Shown here: piece by piece, positions 40,351-53,690 of the stretch
Position numbering within the stretch: the stretch's first letter is position 1
Layout: every line of letters starts with the position of its first letter
DNA from: Octopus vulgaris
Lineage: Eukaryota
Length of the DNA: 64,000 nucleotides
Direction: 5' to 3'
Assembly (NCBI GenBank): GCA_951406725.2
Contig: OX597814.1
Coordinates: forward strand, 31,558,001 to 31,622,000
Translations under genes and position numbers: made by a program
Notes under the pieces: model-generated
Told to the model about the DNA's origin: nothing
The model's database searches: none
What the model saw: only the letters and a program-made list of their open reading frames with translations

Positions 40351-41308
40351 TATATTCAATTGGACGAGCTGATTATTCAATTAATTGTTTAAAATTAAAA
40401 AAATTCAAACTTCCGAAACTGGTAGAATGTGTCACAGAGAACAGAGTTTACTCTTAATGTTTCTGGCAAAATTTTGTATTTTAGAAGTTATTTCGTCAGA
40501 AGTTACAGAGTGACAATGGACAAATGCCAATACACGAAACACTCAACTTTCCACCTACTCTCTAACTTCTGTCGATGATATATTTACATATTACATATAT
40601 GTGTAGAAAAATCTCATCATGCAATCCAACCAATGAAAGCGCCTCTACCTGGTCGCTCGACACGCTAAAAACAGCTGCCAAAGTATCCCCTACCTAAATT
40701 ACACGCCCATCGTTTGTAATGTCCTAGATTATCCCTAAAAAGACGGTTTGCTGAAGACTGGAAAGACTTTCATGATACGCTTGCAGTATCGGGGTTTATT
40801 TGAGGCTATATAACAACAACAGTATGATCAATTTCTATATTAACACCCGCACGATTTTCACTAAGAAAAAAAACCATTGAATTTTTGCGTGGAATCAAAT
40901 ACCTTAACCTCTTAATATGCTGCAAATCTCTTAATTTGGTTCGGAATAATTGGAAATGTTTTTTTTTTCGTTGAATGAATCCCTGTGTTCTTCTAATATT
41001 GCGAAATCAGGTTACATAAAGTGAGCCTGGTAACTGTTGGTTTTGGGGTCTTGTTGTTTGTAACTTTTGGTGAGCCATGGTGCAACCAGCAACATGGTAA
41101 AAATCCCTGCCATTAATTTGGTATGGATGGGTAATATCAAATAATTCAATCACAACATATATCTAAATTAAACACGAAAAAATTGAAATATTATCACTTA
41201 CATAAAAAAAAAAATGAAATATTATCTTTCAGTAAAATCTTAAGGTAAAATAAGGTAAAATCTTAAATTATTAATTGACACATTATTAACTATCTTATAA
41301 CAGCGATG

Positions 41309-41813
41309 CCTGGGAAAATATGAAAAGTCATATTCTTAAGATTATAAACCTAGAAAAGTACAGGACAAGTTATTACACCTGTAAAAGTATAGAATAAGCT
41401 TTTACTTCTAGTTAAGTAAAGAATAAGAAACATTTTACTTAAAATATTGCAGCTAAAATTAAAATTTGAATATTAAAACTTATTTTATTATAGTTTACAA
41501 ATAACACTGTACTTATTTAAGTAGAATTTGGCTATTTTACTACTTTAAATACAGGAAAAAGTGACTAATTAGACAAACTTAAATATTAGCTGAACAGTTT
41601 TGTACATTAAATTTAAAAGATGAGAACTGTAAAGAGTGATAAATTAGAAGAACTGGCGTTCTTTGCAGCAATATTTTAAATAAAAAGTTTCTTATTCTTT
41701 ATTTTACTAGAAATAATAGCTTGTCCTGTACTTTTACATATGTAATAATTTGTCCTGTACTTTTCCAGGCTTATAATCTTAAGAATATGACTTTTCATGC
41801 TCGCATTTTTCCA
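41309..41813. mobile_element. Fold-back/MITE-like element with ~140-bp imperfect TIRs
   Basis: atgaaaagtcatattcttaagattataa...aaaatattgc (41320-41450) mirrors gcaatatttt...ttataatcttaagaatatgacttttcat (41668-41798). Confidence 0.7.
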
Positions 41814-41828
41814 TGTTATGATAATAAC

Positions 41829-41865
<37 letters not shown>

Positions 41866-42411
41866 TAATAATAATAATAATAATATATATATATATAGAT
41901 AATTTTTTATATATAGGCAAATAAATAAATATATGAAAGCACACACACACGTACACGCACACATATACACACGAACGTATATTATATGACTCAGCCTTAT
42001 GTCTGTGTACTGCTGCTTGTGTCATATGATGGTAAGTGACGTGATAAATTAATTATTTAATTTAATTTAATATATTCTTCGCGTGCAGATCCAAGCATAT
42101 ATCAGATACACTCCTCACACACACACATACACAAATTTAAACACACACATACAAACAAATACACACACATTTACGCACACACACACACACACATTACATT
42201 TCTTTATTCTCATCACTGTCAACTCTTTATATTATGTTACATTCGTAGTAATATCTTATATTCAATTTGATATTCTACAAAGATATATCATGATGGCCTA
42301 TATACTAAATAATCTATCTTCCAGATGGCACCATTAAATTTCTGTGTGATTTAAACAATAAATTATCTCCGTAAAATATTGTATATTAGCATCTCATAGT
42401 GTCATAACTGT

Positions 42412-42804
42412 AAGGCGGCGAGCTGGCAGAATCGTTAGCACGCCGGGCGAAATGCTTAGCGGTATTTCGTCTGCTGCCACGTTCTGAGTTCAAATTCCAC
42501 CGAGGTCGACTTTGCATTTCATCCTTTCGGGATCGATTAAATAAGTACCAGTTACACACTGGGGTCGATGTAATCGATTTAATCCGTTTGTCTGTCCTTG
42601 TTTGTCCCCTCTGTTTTTAGCCCCTTGTGGGTAGTAAATAAACAGGTATTTCGTCTGTCTTTACGTTCAGAGCTAAAATTCCGCCGAGGTCGACTTTGCC
42701 TTTCATCCTTTCGGGATCGATAACATAAGTGCCAGTTGCTACTGGGGTCGATCTAATCGACTGGTCCCCTCCCCGCAAAATTTTGGGCCTTGTGCCTAGA
42801 GTAG
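42412..42804 (+). mobile_element. SINE family C, composite (monomer plus partial second unit)
   Basis: TSD atagtgtcataacYgt at 42396-42411 and 42805-42820; the body module occurs twice. Confidence 0.9.
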
Positions 42805-43327
42805 ATAGTGTCATAACCGTTTTAGGATGAATATAAAGAGATTATTTAATAAGGCTTGGTAGGGTGATTTATTCCACTGGCGTCTCCTCCATATTGCAAG
42901 CCTTGTGGCTATGCTAAAAGCAGAAATTAGTATCCTTAGTTTGCTTTACACCTCTTTGGCGTCGTTAAAATAGAGTACCTGTCAAGTACTAAACTCGAAT
43001 ATATCCCACTCCCCATATTCCGCAATTAAAATTTCTGTTCTTTCGCCAAAATTTGAAACAATTATTATTATTATTATTGTTATGTAGGTTGATTGTTAGA
43101 ATGCTTAGAGCAAGGGAGAAAATACCTTGTGGTGTTTCTTCCAGCTCTAGTATTTTACCCCTCCGGGGCCGAGAAAGTGGCGCAACACTCATTTACTGAA
43201 GTCGGATTACTCGACTATTCGCTGTCCCCACAAATTTGTGAAATATCTTATAAACAATTTATATTATATTAGGCCCTGTAGCAAATAAAATCAAATCATT
43301 TTATACGTCTTATAGTCATTATATTAA

Positions 43328-43420
43328 TTCTTCTTCTTCTTCTTCTTCTTCTTCTTCTTCTTCTTCTTCTTCTTCTTCTTCTTCTTCTTCTTCTTCTTCT
43401 TCTTCTTCTTCTTCTTCTTC
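43328..43420. repeat. (TTC)n microsatellite
   Basis: Directly visible. Confidence 0.95.
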
Positions 43421-44110
43421 ATCATCATCATCATTATCGTCATCATGCTTCTGTTCCCCTTAAGTTGTTTATAATGATGGTGATTTCGCTGCTGCATTAG
43501 TTTAATCGCAGCGTTTAGAAGTCATTATTTAAACAACATTCTCTCTGCATTCAGAAAAAAAAACAAAAAAACAACCTTATATTAAACCAATAGTAAAGCA
43601 AGCTTCTCTAAGCGTGGTCTCTAACTCTCCCTAAGGGCGTGTCCTTACATTTATTACTGCAGGCTGTTCACAATTTGGTTGGATATTCACCTTCTCGTTA
43701 CTTCATTCGATAAGGCTGATATTTCATGTAGTTTCCTTTCCCCGAACGAGTCACTTGCTTAATACGATAAGAAGCTTCGAATGTTGTTGTCCGTGCATTT
43801 GAAAAGCTATGTAATTATTGGGATGCAATATAAATGTATGATGAAGTCTCTGTAATTAAATTTGGACAAGAATAAGTGGTAGGAGCATTATATATGGATA
43901 CACATACATACAGACAGACACATATACAAATACACCAATATATATATGTATATATATATATATGCATGTGTGCATGCGTATATATGCATGCATAGATCTA
44001 TTTATCTATCAATCTATACATGCACACACACATATATATACATACATACATACATATTTATATATATACATATACATAAACATACATATGCATATATATA
44101 CATATATATC

Positions 44111-44150
<40 letters not shown>

Positions 44151-44288
44151 TCAGACGATTATATAAATATTTTTGTTATTACAAACTATTTGTATTGCTT
44201 TCTATAATAATGACAATATTAATATTTATATAAATAATCGCTTGTATATATATATGTATATATATATATATATATATTTGTTTGTATG

Positions 44289-44331
<43 letters not shown>

Positions 44332-44463
44332 GCACAGATATACGCACAGATATACGCACACAGAGGGTGACCACATAATTAGAAAACAATGTGGAAAATA
44401 GTACTCGTATCAAAACTGTCCAACGAATGCCAAGGCGAAGCTCTGGCTAACAGTTCTGTGTGT

Positions 44464-44494
<31 letters not shown>

Positions 44495-44546
44495 ATTTAC
44501 ATTCATAAGGTACTAATGTGTATACATGTGTGTGTGTAATTGTATA

Positions 44547-44618
<72 letters not shown>

Positions 44619-44660
44619 ATGAGAGAGAGAGAGAGAAAGAGAGAGATGGATAGATAGTTC

Positions 44661-44698
<38 letters not shown>

Positions 44699-45054
44699 CA
44701 TACACACATTCATGGAATGCAGTTAAATTGATGACAACAAGTAAACGGTAAACGCAGCACATGCATAATGCATATCAGAGCAGTAAATGCATATACCAAA
44801 ACACGCACCCACACACGTAAGCCTCGTATATGCGTGTATGGGTATGTCTTGACATAGCTGTAACATGCATAACTTCATAGGTTTCACCACTGTTTTTCCC
44901 TGCGATGTTGCAAAATTTATTCATTGACTTTAGGCAATAATACAATAAATTTACTTGGAAAGATGTGTCGCACTGTGAGATATAACCCAGAACCGGGGAT
45001 ACAATAAACACTTTTTAACTTTTCTCTCTCTATACATGTGTGTGTGCGTTTGTG

Positions 45055-45096
<42 letters not shown>

Positions 45097-45240
45097 CAAA
45101 TAATGTGTGAATTTGTGTATACAAACGCACGCACACACGTACACAGACACACATATATGTTTATGCTCACATACATACATTCATATATGTTATATATATA
45201 TATATATATATATATACAGGTTTATATTATATATGTATAT

Positions 45241-45313
<73 letters not shown>

Positions 45314-45346
45314 TACGTGTGTGTGATCATGTGTATATATATATAT

Positions 45347-45411
<65 letters not shown>

Positions 45412-45679
45412 CATGTATGTAAGTAGAGATTTGTGTCTTGAGTGAATTACATTGGTGAGGAAAAACATAAGTGGCTCTAATTTTTCTTCTTTAATACGTA
45501 ACTTGCTGATAGTTACTAAAGACAATGTTGGTTGCATGCATGTTATAGTTAGCAGGCAGCAAGGTAAGGTGGAGATAAGAATTGTCATAGTGTGATTTAA
45601 TAGAATTTGCGTACAGATTATGATGGACAAAATTCATGAGGAAGTGATGCGCGGCATAGCAATCAATGACTGAATAACG

Positions 45680-46089
45680 TTTTATCTTTCGTTACCTCTT
45701 TCAATCATTGGGCTGTGGCCATACTGTTTGATACTATGTTTGATACTATGTTGAAAGGATCTAGTCGAAGAACTCGACTGCAGGAATTACTTTTTAAACC
45801 TGTTACTGTACTTGTTCTATCAGTCGGATTTGCCGAACCACTAAGTTACGGGAAGGTAAACACACCAACAACGATTGTCAAGCATTGGTGAAAGACAAAG
45901 GCACACGCAAAGACTCTCTCTCTCACACACACACACAGATATACGACGCGCTTCTTTCAGATTTCGTCTCTTAAATCCGCTTCGAAGGCTTTGGTCGGCC
46001 CGATGAAGTAGTACAAGACGCTAGCCTAAGTTGCCACGTAATGTGACTGATCCTAAAATCATGTAGCTAGGAAGCAAGCTCCTTACCAG

Positions 46090-46090
<1 letters not shown>
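45680..46090 (-). mobile_element. SINE family A, diverged
   Basis: Reverse-complement family match. Confidence 0.8.
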
Positions 46091-46129
<39 letters not shown>

Positions 46130-46139
46130 GAACAATTGG

Positions 46140-46212
46140 CTATGAACAATTGGCTAGTAGGTGGAAGTAGACAAATTTACATGGCAAATATATATCTAGA
46201 AGCAAGCTCCAC

Positions 46213-46300
<88 letters not shown>

Positions 46301-46379
46301 CTGGTAAGGAGCTTGCTTCCTAGATATATATTTGCCATGTAAATTTGTCTACTTCCACCTACTAGCCAATTGTTCATAG
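46140..46379. repeat. ~240-bp near-perfect palindrome centred on (AT)n
   Basis: ctatgaacaattggctagtaggtggaagtagacaaatttacatggcaaatatatatctag... and its reverse complement. Confidence 0.9.
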
Positions 46380-46765
46380 ACTTTTGTTTGACATTAATTT
46401 TACTTTTTTTGCAACAACAGTTGGCACACACCCTTCAAGATGTTCAAGCTGGGTATCTTCCATGAAATCAGTGGCAAATTTTTCGCTCTCCTTCGTGACA
46501 GAATGAAGCTTCTTACGCCTCTTGTGATTTTCCACGAGTTTTAGCATCTAGTGGTTAGATGTTTCAAGGGATTTGGCCTGTCCAATTGTGGTGATTTCGT
46601 AAGATATTTTAAATTGGATAAAGTCTTGACCTCCTTGGGCTCTGGGAAGGTAAAGACGATCCGTGACTGACTTTGCGTTGTATATTTTATTGCAAGTCAA
46701 CAATTTACGAATTTTCCTGTCAATTTTCTTTATCTCACTGATATTCCAGTTTAACATATTGAAGC
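46320..46765 (-). mobile_element. R4/Dong-type LINE fragment
   Basis: LNWNISEIKKIDRKIRKLLT...DRLYLPRAQGG, and later NLHGKY. Confidence 0.8.
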
Positions 46766-47474
46766 TGTGTGTTTAGCTCAAATTTCAGGACTGCTTGAAC
46801 TCCTGTCATCTCTCCATAGAATATCTGTGGAGGTATCACACTGAGGCAGGAATATTTTAATGTATACTTCAGCCGTATAACTCCGAAGATAATGGCAGTT
46901 TGTAGAAATTCTGGTCTTTCGTAAAATATTGTAAAATCTGCAATAAAATTACATTTTCCCCCCAAAGGCACGAATCATACATTCTAGAAGCTGTAATGTA
47001 GGCAGATACATTCGATAATATGACAACCATCTTAAATAACATGATTTAAACAAAATAGTGTTTGACCTCTGCGAAATTCGTTTTAAAGGGAAATTCATTT
47101 AGCCGCATATAACTCCTATAATTTTCTCTCAACTGTAAGGGAGATTTTAAAGCTATATACTATGATTTATAAAATAACTTTGGCACTGTAATTATTAAGA
47201 AAATAAAAAATATTTTTAGTAATGTTTAAATTATGCTGGAAGTAAACCCGCTTACTTTTTGCATATTGAAGCCTTCATGTTAGGGGTGGTAAGAAAAACT
47301 TCATGTAATTTACTTATTAACGTCAATCCAGGTCATAGCGGGCGGCTGCTCTGTAAAAACATTATCAAGGAATAAATTAAGGTATATTCTGCTTATACTT
47401 GCAAGTAAATTCCCGATTGCAGCGGAGGAGCAATTGTTGCACTTACGGATATCTCCAGTTTCCTCGTTTACTGC

Positions 47475-47671
47475 CGGCATGGTTGTACGGTAAAAAGCTT
47501 GCTTCCAAACTACATAGTCCTGGGTTCAGTCTCACTGCGTGACACCTTGGGCTTATCTTCTAATATAGCTTCCGGCTGATCAAAGACTTGTGAGTGGATT
47601 TGGTAGATGGAAACTGACGGAAGACCATCGTATATGTGTATGTGTGTATGAGTGTATGTTTGTGTGTATGT

Positions 47672-47728
<57 letters not shown>

Positions 47729-47945
47729 TGGCTGTGTGTTTGTGTTTGTCCTTCACCATCGCTTGACAAGCGATGTTAGTGTGCTTACGTCCCGAATCTA
47801 GCAGTTCGGCAAAAGACAACGATAGAATAAGTATCAAGCTTAAAAGAATAAGTCCTAGCGTCGATTTGTTCGACTAAAACCTTTCATGAGGATGCTCCAG
47901 CATGGTCGCAGTCAAATGAATGAAACAAGAAAACGATAAAAGGTA
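47475..47945 (+). mobile_element. SINE family A
   Basis: Full-length family match with an expanded internal (TG)n. Confidence 0.9.
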
Positions 47946-48282
47946 AAATATATAGAAAGGTAAACACCACACTCGTTTATAATTATACTGCATATGCATA
48001 GAGTAAATGTTTCTTCCGTATATATTGACAAATAAACCAACTTAGTTGTTGATACAAGTGTAGCTTTCGTTTACCTCTTTACGATCATGTATGGACAACG
48101 GAGAAATAAGTATTTTTTATGATTAGTTAAACTTGAGCAACGTTAAAGCATGTACTCTATAGGTAGGATTGTATTATATAATTCTGTTTTTTTTTTCTGT
48201 TCCTTCTTTTACTTGTTTTACTTGTTTTAGTCATTTGACTGCAGCCATGCTGCGTTACCACTGAATATTAGTAAACTTTTGT

Positions 48283-48690
48283 TGGGGAGTGGCTGTGTGG
48301 TAAGTAGCTGGCTTACCAACCACATGGTCCCGGGTTCAGTCCCACTGCGTGGCACTTTGGGCAAGTGTCTTCTACTATAGCCTCGGGCCGACTAAAGCCT
48401 TGTGAGTGGATTTAGTAGACGGAAACTGAAAGAAGCCCGTCGTATATATGTATATATATATATATATTTGTGTGTGTGTTTGTGTGTCTGTGTTTGCCCC
48501 CCGTCCTCCAACATCGCTTGACAACCGATGATGGTGTGTTCACGTCCCTGTAACTTAGCGGTTCGGCAAAAGAGACCGATAGAATAAGTACTAGGCTTAC
48601 AAAGAATAAGTCCTGGGGTCGATTTACTCGACTAAAGGCGGTGCTCCAGCATGGCCACAGTCAAATGACTGAAACAAGTAAAAGAGTAAT
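48283..48690 (+). mobile_element. SINE family A, near full-length
   Basis: A box and B box (gggttcagtccc) plus complete tail. Confidence 0.92.
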
Positions 48691-49017
48691 AGAGTAATGT
48701 ATTTTGTCGTTAGAGTCACTCTGTTTTGCAGTACCAATGTGAAAATGAACCGAATTCGAAATGTGTTCCTAGATGTGAAATGAATCTTTAAAAAAGTAAA
48801 ACATATACAATTAAGTTGAAATATCAAGAATTTCGATTATTGATTCAAAAACCAAGATTGAAATAATAATTCCATAGACGCTAATAAAGAAAGTTAGCCA
48901 TTTAAAAGTATTTAATTTCTATACTATGGAAATATCATTGACAGATTTTATTCTTTAAATATGCACTATGACTTAGAAAATAAGATCTACATATGTGTCC
49001 ATATGTTCATGTGTGTA

Positions 49018-49067
<50 letters not shown>

Positions 49068-49074
49068 TATATAG

Positions 49075-49105
<31 letters not shown>

Positions 49106-49432
49106 TATAAACTTTAGCACGAACCCACACATATGCATATATATACCACATTTACATCTACAGACACGCACGCACACACACAGACACACACATGCACACA
49201 AACACACACACATACACACACACGCTCTCTCTCTCACAGACTCACACACATACGCACACATATACTTCACGTACATATCGTGGTAGAATAATTGAAGCTA
49301 TTTAAAAGTGTATAAAGTTGTTCTTTCACCATTTATATATTTCAAATTTTATTATATGCCGTTTGTATAAATTCTAACTACTGACAAAATTCCATTGATT
49401 CGATGAAAAATCTGCCGTTGTATGAATTTAAT

Positions 49433-49810
49433 GGAAGCACTCCGTCGGTTACGACGATGAGGGTTCCGGTTGATCCGAATCAACGGAACAGCCTGCTCGT
49501 GAAATTAACGTGGAAGTGGCTGAGCACTCCACAGACACGTGTACCCTTAACGTAGTTCTCGGGGATATTCAGCGTGACACAGAGAGTGACAAGGCCGGTC
49601 TTTTGAAATACAGGTACAACAGAAACAGGAAGTAAGAGAAAGTTGTGGTGAAAGAGTACAGCAGGGATCACCACCATCCCCTGCCGGAGCCTCGTGGAGC
49701 TTTAGGTGTTTTCGCTCAATAAACACTCACAACGCCCGGTCTGGGAATCGAAACCGCGATCCTATGACCGCGAGTTCGCTGCCCTAAACACTGGGCCATT
49801 GCGCCTCCAC
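49433..49810 (-). mobile_element. SINE family B, tail variant 3, full-length
   Basis: tRNA head ggaggcgcaatggcccagtg...ggtttcgattccc; imperfect TSD atRaatttaat at 49422-49432 and 49811-49821. Confidence 0.92.
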
Positions 49811-50047
49811 ATAAATTTAATAATCATTGAGAGACATTGGTTACTTGCCTGTCTTTTTATTTAATGAGATTGTATTTTATATATTTGAGTAGTAGATTAT
49901 TTTAATAAGTTGTAGTCACCTCATTCCAGTTCTTCTCCATTTGAAGGTCTGACTCAAACCAGAATACTAGTAATGTGACTTATTACACACATGTGAGTGA
50001 GAACACTTTGAGATATTTTTGGTATCTAACATATGTCAGATACTGCG

Positions 50048-50151
50048 AGCGCTGCTTCTGAATGGTCAATCCATGGTGATGACCCGAGGTCACGGTGACA
50101 GCGCTGCTTCTGATTGGTCAATACATGGTGATTACCCGAGGTCACGGTGAC
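50048..50151. repeat. Two tandem 52-bp repeats
   Basis: agcgctgcttctgaWtggtcaatMcatggtgatKacccgaggtcacggtgac, twice. Confidence 0.9.
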
Positions 50152-50247
50152 GGCACTACTTTTGTCATTCATAAGTTACAACTAAACGTGAAGAATTTAG
50201 TTATTGGGTTAATAAAATATGGTCGTTTATTCGTGCGTAATAAATAA

Positions 50248-50391
50248 AATACCAAACTCATTCCCTATGGATACCGTATTTATTACAACTCGTGGCTTGT
50301 AAGCGTATCTAACTAGCTTTCGCTCGTTAGATACGTTTACAAGCCACTCGTTGTAATAAATACGGTATCCATAGGGAACTCGTTTGGTATT
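50248..50391. repeat. Long hairpin with symmetric internal mismatches, possibly a Crypton-like non-autonomous element end
   Basis: Paired segments of 10, 29 and 22 bp separated by TC/TC-type mismatches; loop tttc. Confidence 0.7.
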
Positions 50392-50967
50392 CTCTATTTA
50401 TCCGTCTGTTCAGCGCCCTACATCCCTATTGGCCAGCGTAGTTTTGATTATCCTGATATCAATCTATAGGCTCAGTGACTTTACTTGGTTGACTTTTGCT
50501 CCCGTCACAGACTCGTAGTCCCGTAAAACAATACCAACCAGGTCAATTGACCAGGTAGTCGATAATATAACGTATAAGCGGACACGTTTCTCCCACGATC
50601 TAGTTCGCACGGTATGCTACAGAATGTTTACAATAGTTGGTATTCACCATAATCAACGAAAACATGTACTCTAAAGCAATCTATGCACAGAAGACAGGAC
50701 CAAAACTAGCTGAGAGGACAGCTGCCAAGTACTGATTCTCGCTCCTCTCAGAACCTTTGATTAATCTAAAATAATAAGTGTCCCACCCATGCCAAATTCC
50801 TTACCCATTTCCTTAATGATATATTACATGATGTGGAGGTTGAAGATACATCTCTTCGGTATGGTGTATCTTTGCGCATCACCAATCAGACCATCGACGG
50901 GCGCACTAAAGTGTTTGCTAACAATGTGTCCTAATTTTGAAATTACTTGAATACGTCCGAAATTATA

Positions 50968-51390
50968 GGCGCAGGCATGGCTGTGTGGTAAGTAGCTTGC
51001 TTTCTAACCATACGGTTCCGAGTTCACTAGCATTGCGTAACATTTTGGGCAAGCGTCATCTGTTATAGCCTCGGGAGGACCAAAGGCTTGTGAGTGAATT
51101 TAGTAGACGGAAATTGGAAGAATCCTGTCATATATATGTGTGTGTGTCTCTGTGTGTGTGTGCGTGTGTGTGTGTGTGTGTATCTTGTGTCTGTGTTTGT
51201 CCCCACCATCGCTTGACAACCGGTGTTGGTTTGTCTCCGTTTCCGTAACATAGCGGTTTGGCAAAAGAGACCGACAGAATAAGTACCAGGCTTAAAAAAT
51301 TAAGAACTGTTTCGGTTAATTCGACTAAAATTTATTCAAGGCGGTGCTCCAGCATGACAGGTGTCTAATGACTGAAACAATTAAAAGATA
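50968..51390 (+). mobile_element. SINE family A
   Basis: Full-length diverged family match. Confidence 0.88.
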
Positions 51391-52254
51391 ATAGATGTCC
51401 AACAAAACTGATGTCTAGCTATAAACATAATTCAACTTTGTCTGAAGGTATACGCTCTAATTTGTCTTTTTGTCAGTAAGCGTCTATACAATTCTTTTAA
51501 TTTTCTGTTTAGTTTAAAAGCTGTTGTGGTATATTGGGCGCAACTTTTCTGTGTTCTAGTTTGACGATGTGATTCACCACATTTTAAATGTTCATGCATA
51601 CTGTCTAGTAGGATAACATCAAATACGTTTGAGAAATAAAAATTTTGTGTTTTTACAGCTGTTGCTAACAGTTGTTGTTATCATTGTTTATGGCATCATT
51701 ATCGCTTCTTGCTGGGAAGGAACTTGTGGTGGTTTTAGTAATGTACAATTTGCTGCGGGTGGTGAACTTGCGAGCTTCTTTGTTTGACATGTTATTGTTG
51801 CTATTACAATTGCTGTTGTTGTGGGACTCCTCGCTGTAGTTGTTACTGTTGCTGTTGCACCCGATACTGCTGTTACTATTTTTCCTTATTTCTATGTATG
51901 TAGTACTATAGAGTAGAAGATGGCAGGGACAGACGTATTTACTTTCACTCTCTTTCCACATTAGTTTCTTGCCGCCTGTTCGACAAAGATGAGGCCACTA
52001 CGACATTTTGCTAGGTTTTGAGAAATGTTCTTTCTTTTAAAAGGCAAGTGACAGAAGTGATAGATCTGTCCCACACATTTCTGGTCAATGGAGAAATAAG
52101 ATAGAACTATAAAATCAAGATAAAGCAAAACAACTAAAATGGGGGAAATATAACAGAAACTCACGGAGCTTTCAAAACACGTCCAGCTTCGGTGATAAAT
52201 AGTAAAAATAATAATAGTAACATCAACACCAATAGGAGTATCATAATCGTAATC

Positions 52255-52263
52255 ACCACCACC

Positions 52264-52295
<32 letters not shown>

Positions 52296-52530
52296 CAACA
52301 ACTACAACAGCAACAACAACAGCAACACTCTACTACCACCACCACCACCAACAACAACAACACCCTACCACTACCATCTCTACTACTATCACCACCACCA
52401 CCACCACCCACCACCACCACCATCACCACTACCAACACCATCACCATCACCACTACTACCACCACCACCACAACCACTATCATCGTCATCATCATCATCA
52501 TCATCATTAACATCAACAACAGCAACATAA
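52255..52530. repeat. (CCA)/(CAA)/(TCA) compound trinucleotide repeat
   Basis: Directly visible. Confidence 0.9.
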
Positions 52531-52970
52531 CAACAATAATAATTCTAATAAAGCCTATAGGAAAATGAATGGGAATGAACATAACGAAGTAAAACAGCAA
52601 AATGTATATGAAAAGGAGAAAAAGAAGGTGGTACCAAATCTAAATGCAACAAGAGAATCACAAGTTCACAGTTCAATAACGAATAAGATAAAAATGCAAA
52701 AGTAATTAATTTAGATATCGAACTGACATGTAAAAGACGTTAAGTGCTATCATACTTAAAAAAACAAAATTCATCATAGGAAATAATAAAAGAAAGGAAA
52801 ATAAAACAACAGTTTCTATAAAATATATCCAGGAAATTAATGTTAAAAGATGCCGTGGAATTGTGTCGTTGACCAAAGTCATCCAAGTACGAAGGAGGAT
52901 TTTGACGCTTCATGGCACAGACGATCCTTAAGATGTATTTTCTCTCTCATTATTCATCTATCTATCTATA

Positions 52971-53123
<153 letters not shown>

Positions 53124-53169
53124 GTCTGTCTGTCTATCTATCTATCTAACTATCTATCTATCTATCTAC

Positions 53170-53207
<38 letters not shown>

Positions 53208-53239
53208 GTCTGTCTGCCCATCTATCTATATATAGTCAC

Positions 53240-53401
53240 AGGGGTGGAGTGTGGTAAGTAGCTTGCTTAACAACCACATGGCACCTTTGGCAAGTGTCTT
53301 CTAGTATAGCTTCGGGCCGACAAAAGCCTGGTGAGTGGATTTGGTAGACGGAAACAGAAAGAAGCTCATCGTTGATATATATATATATATATATATATAT
53401 A

Positions 53402-53440
<39 letters not shown>

Positions 53441-53647
53441 TTGTGTGTCTGTGTTTGTCCCCCTAACATCGCTTGACAACCGATGCTGGTGTGTTTACTT
53501 CCCCGTACGTTAGCGGTTCGGCATAAGCGATCGATAGAATAAGTACTTGGCTTACAAAGAATAAGTCCTGGGGTCGATTTGTTCGACTTAAAGGCGGTGC
53601 TCCAGCATGGCCACAGTCAAATGACTGAAGCAAGTAAAAGAGTAAAA

Positions 53648-53650
<3 letters not shown>
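53240..53650 (+). mobile_element. SINE family A (B box deleted)
   Basis: Family match with complete tail. Confidence 0.88.

Positions 53651-53690
<40 letters not shown>

Noticed and set aside
47300-47475. Minus-strand VNEETGDI followed by GTAAGT, recalling a cadherin repeat exon
   Set aside because: Only 8 residues, abuts a SINE, and has no acceptor or other cadherin motifs.
50048-50151. CRISPR-like array
   Set aside because: Only two adjacent repeats with no spacers, in a eukaryotic context with no cas genes.
51665-51961. 98-aa Asn/Ser-rich ORF as a host exon
   Set aside because: Low complexity, no recognisable domain and a non-ATG start.
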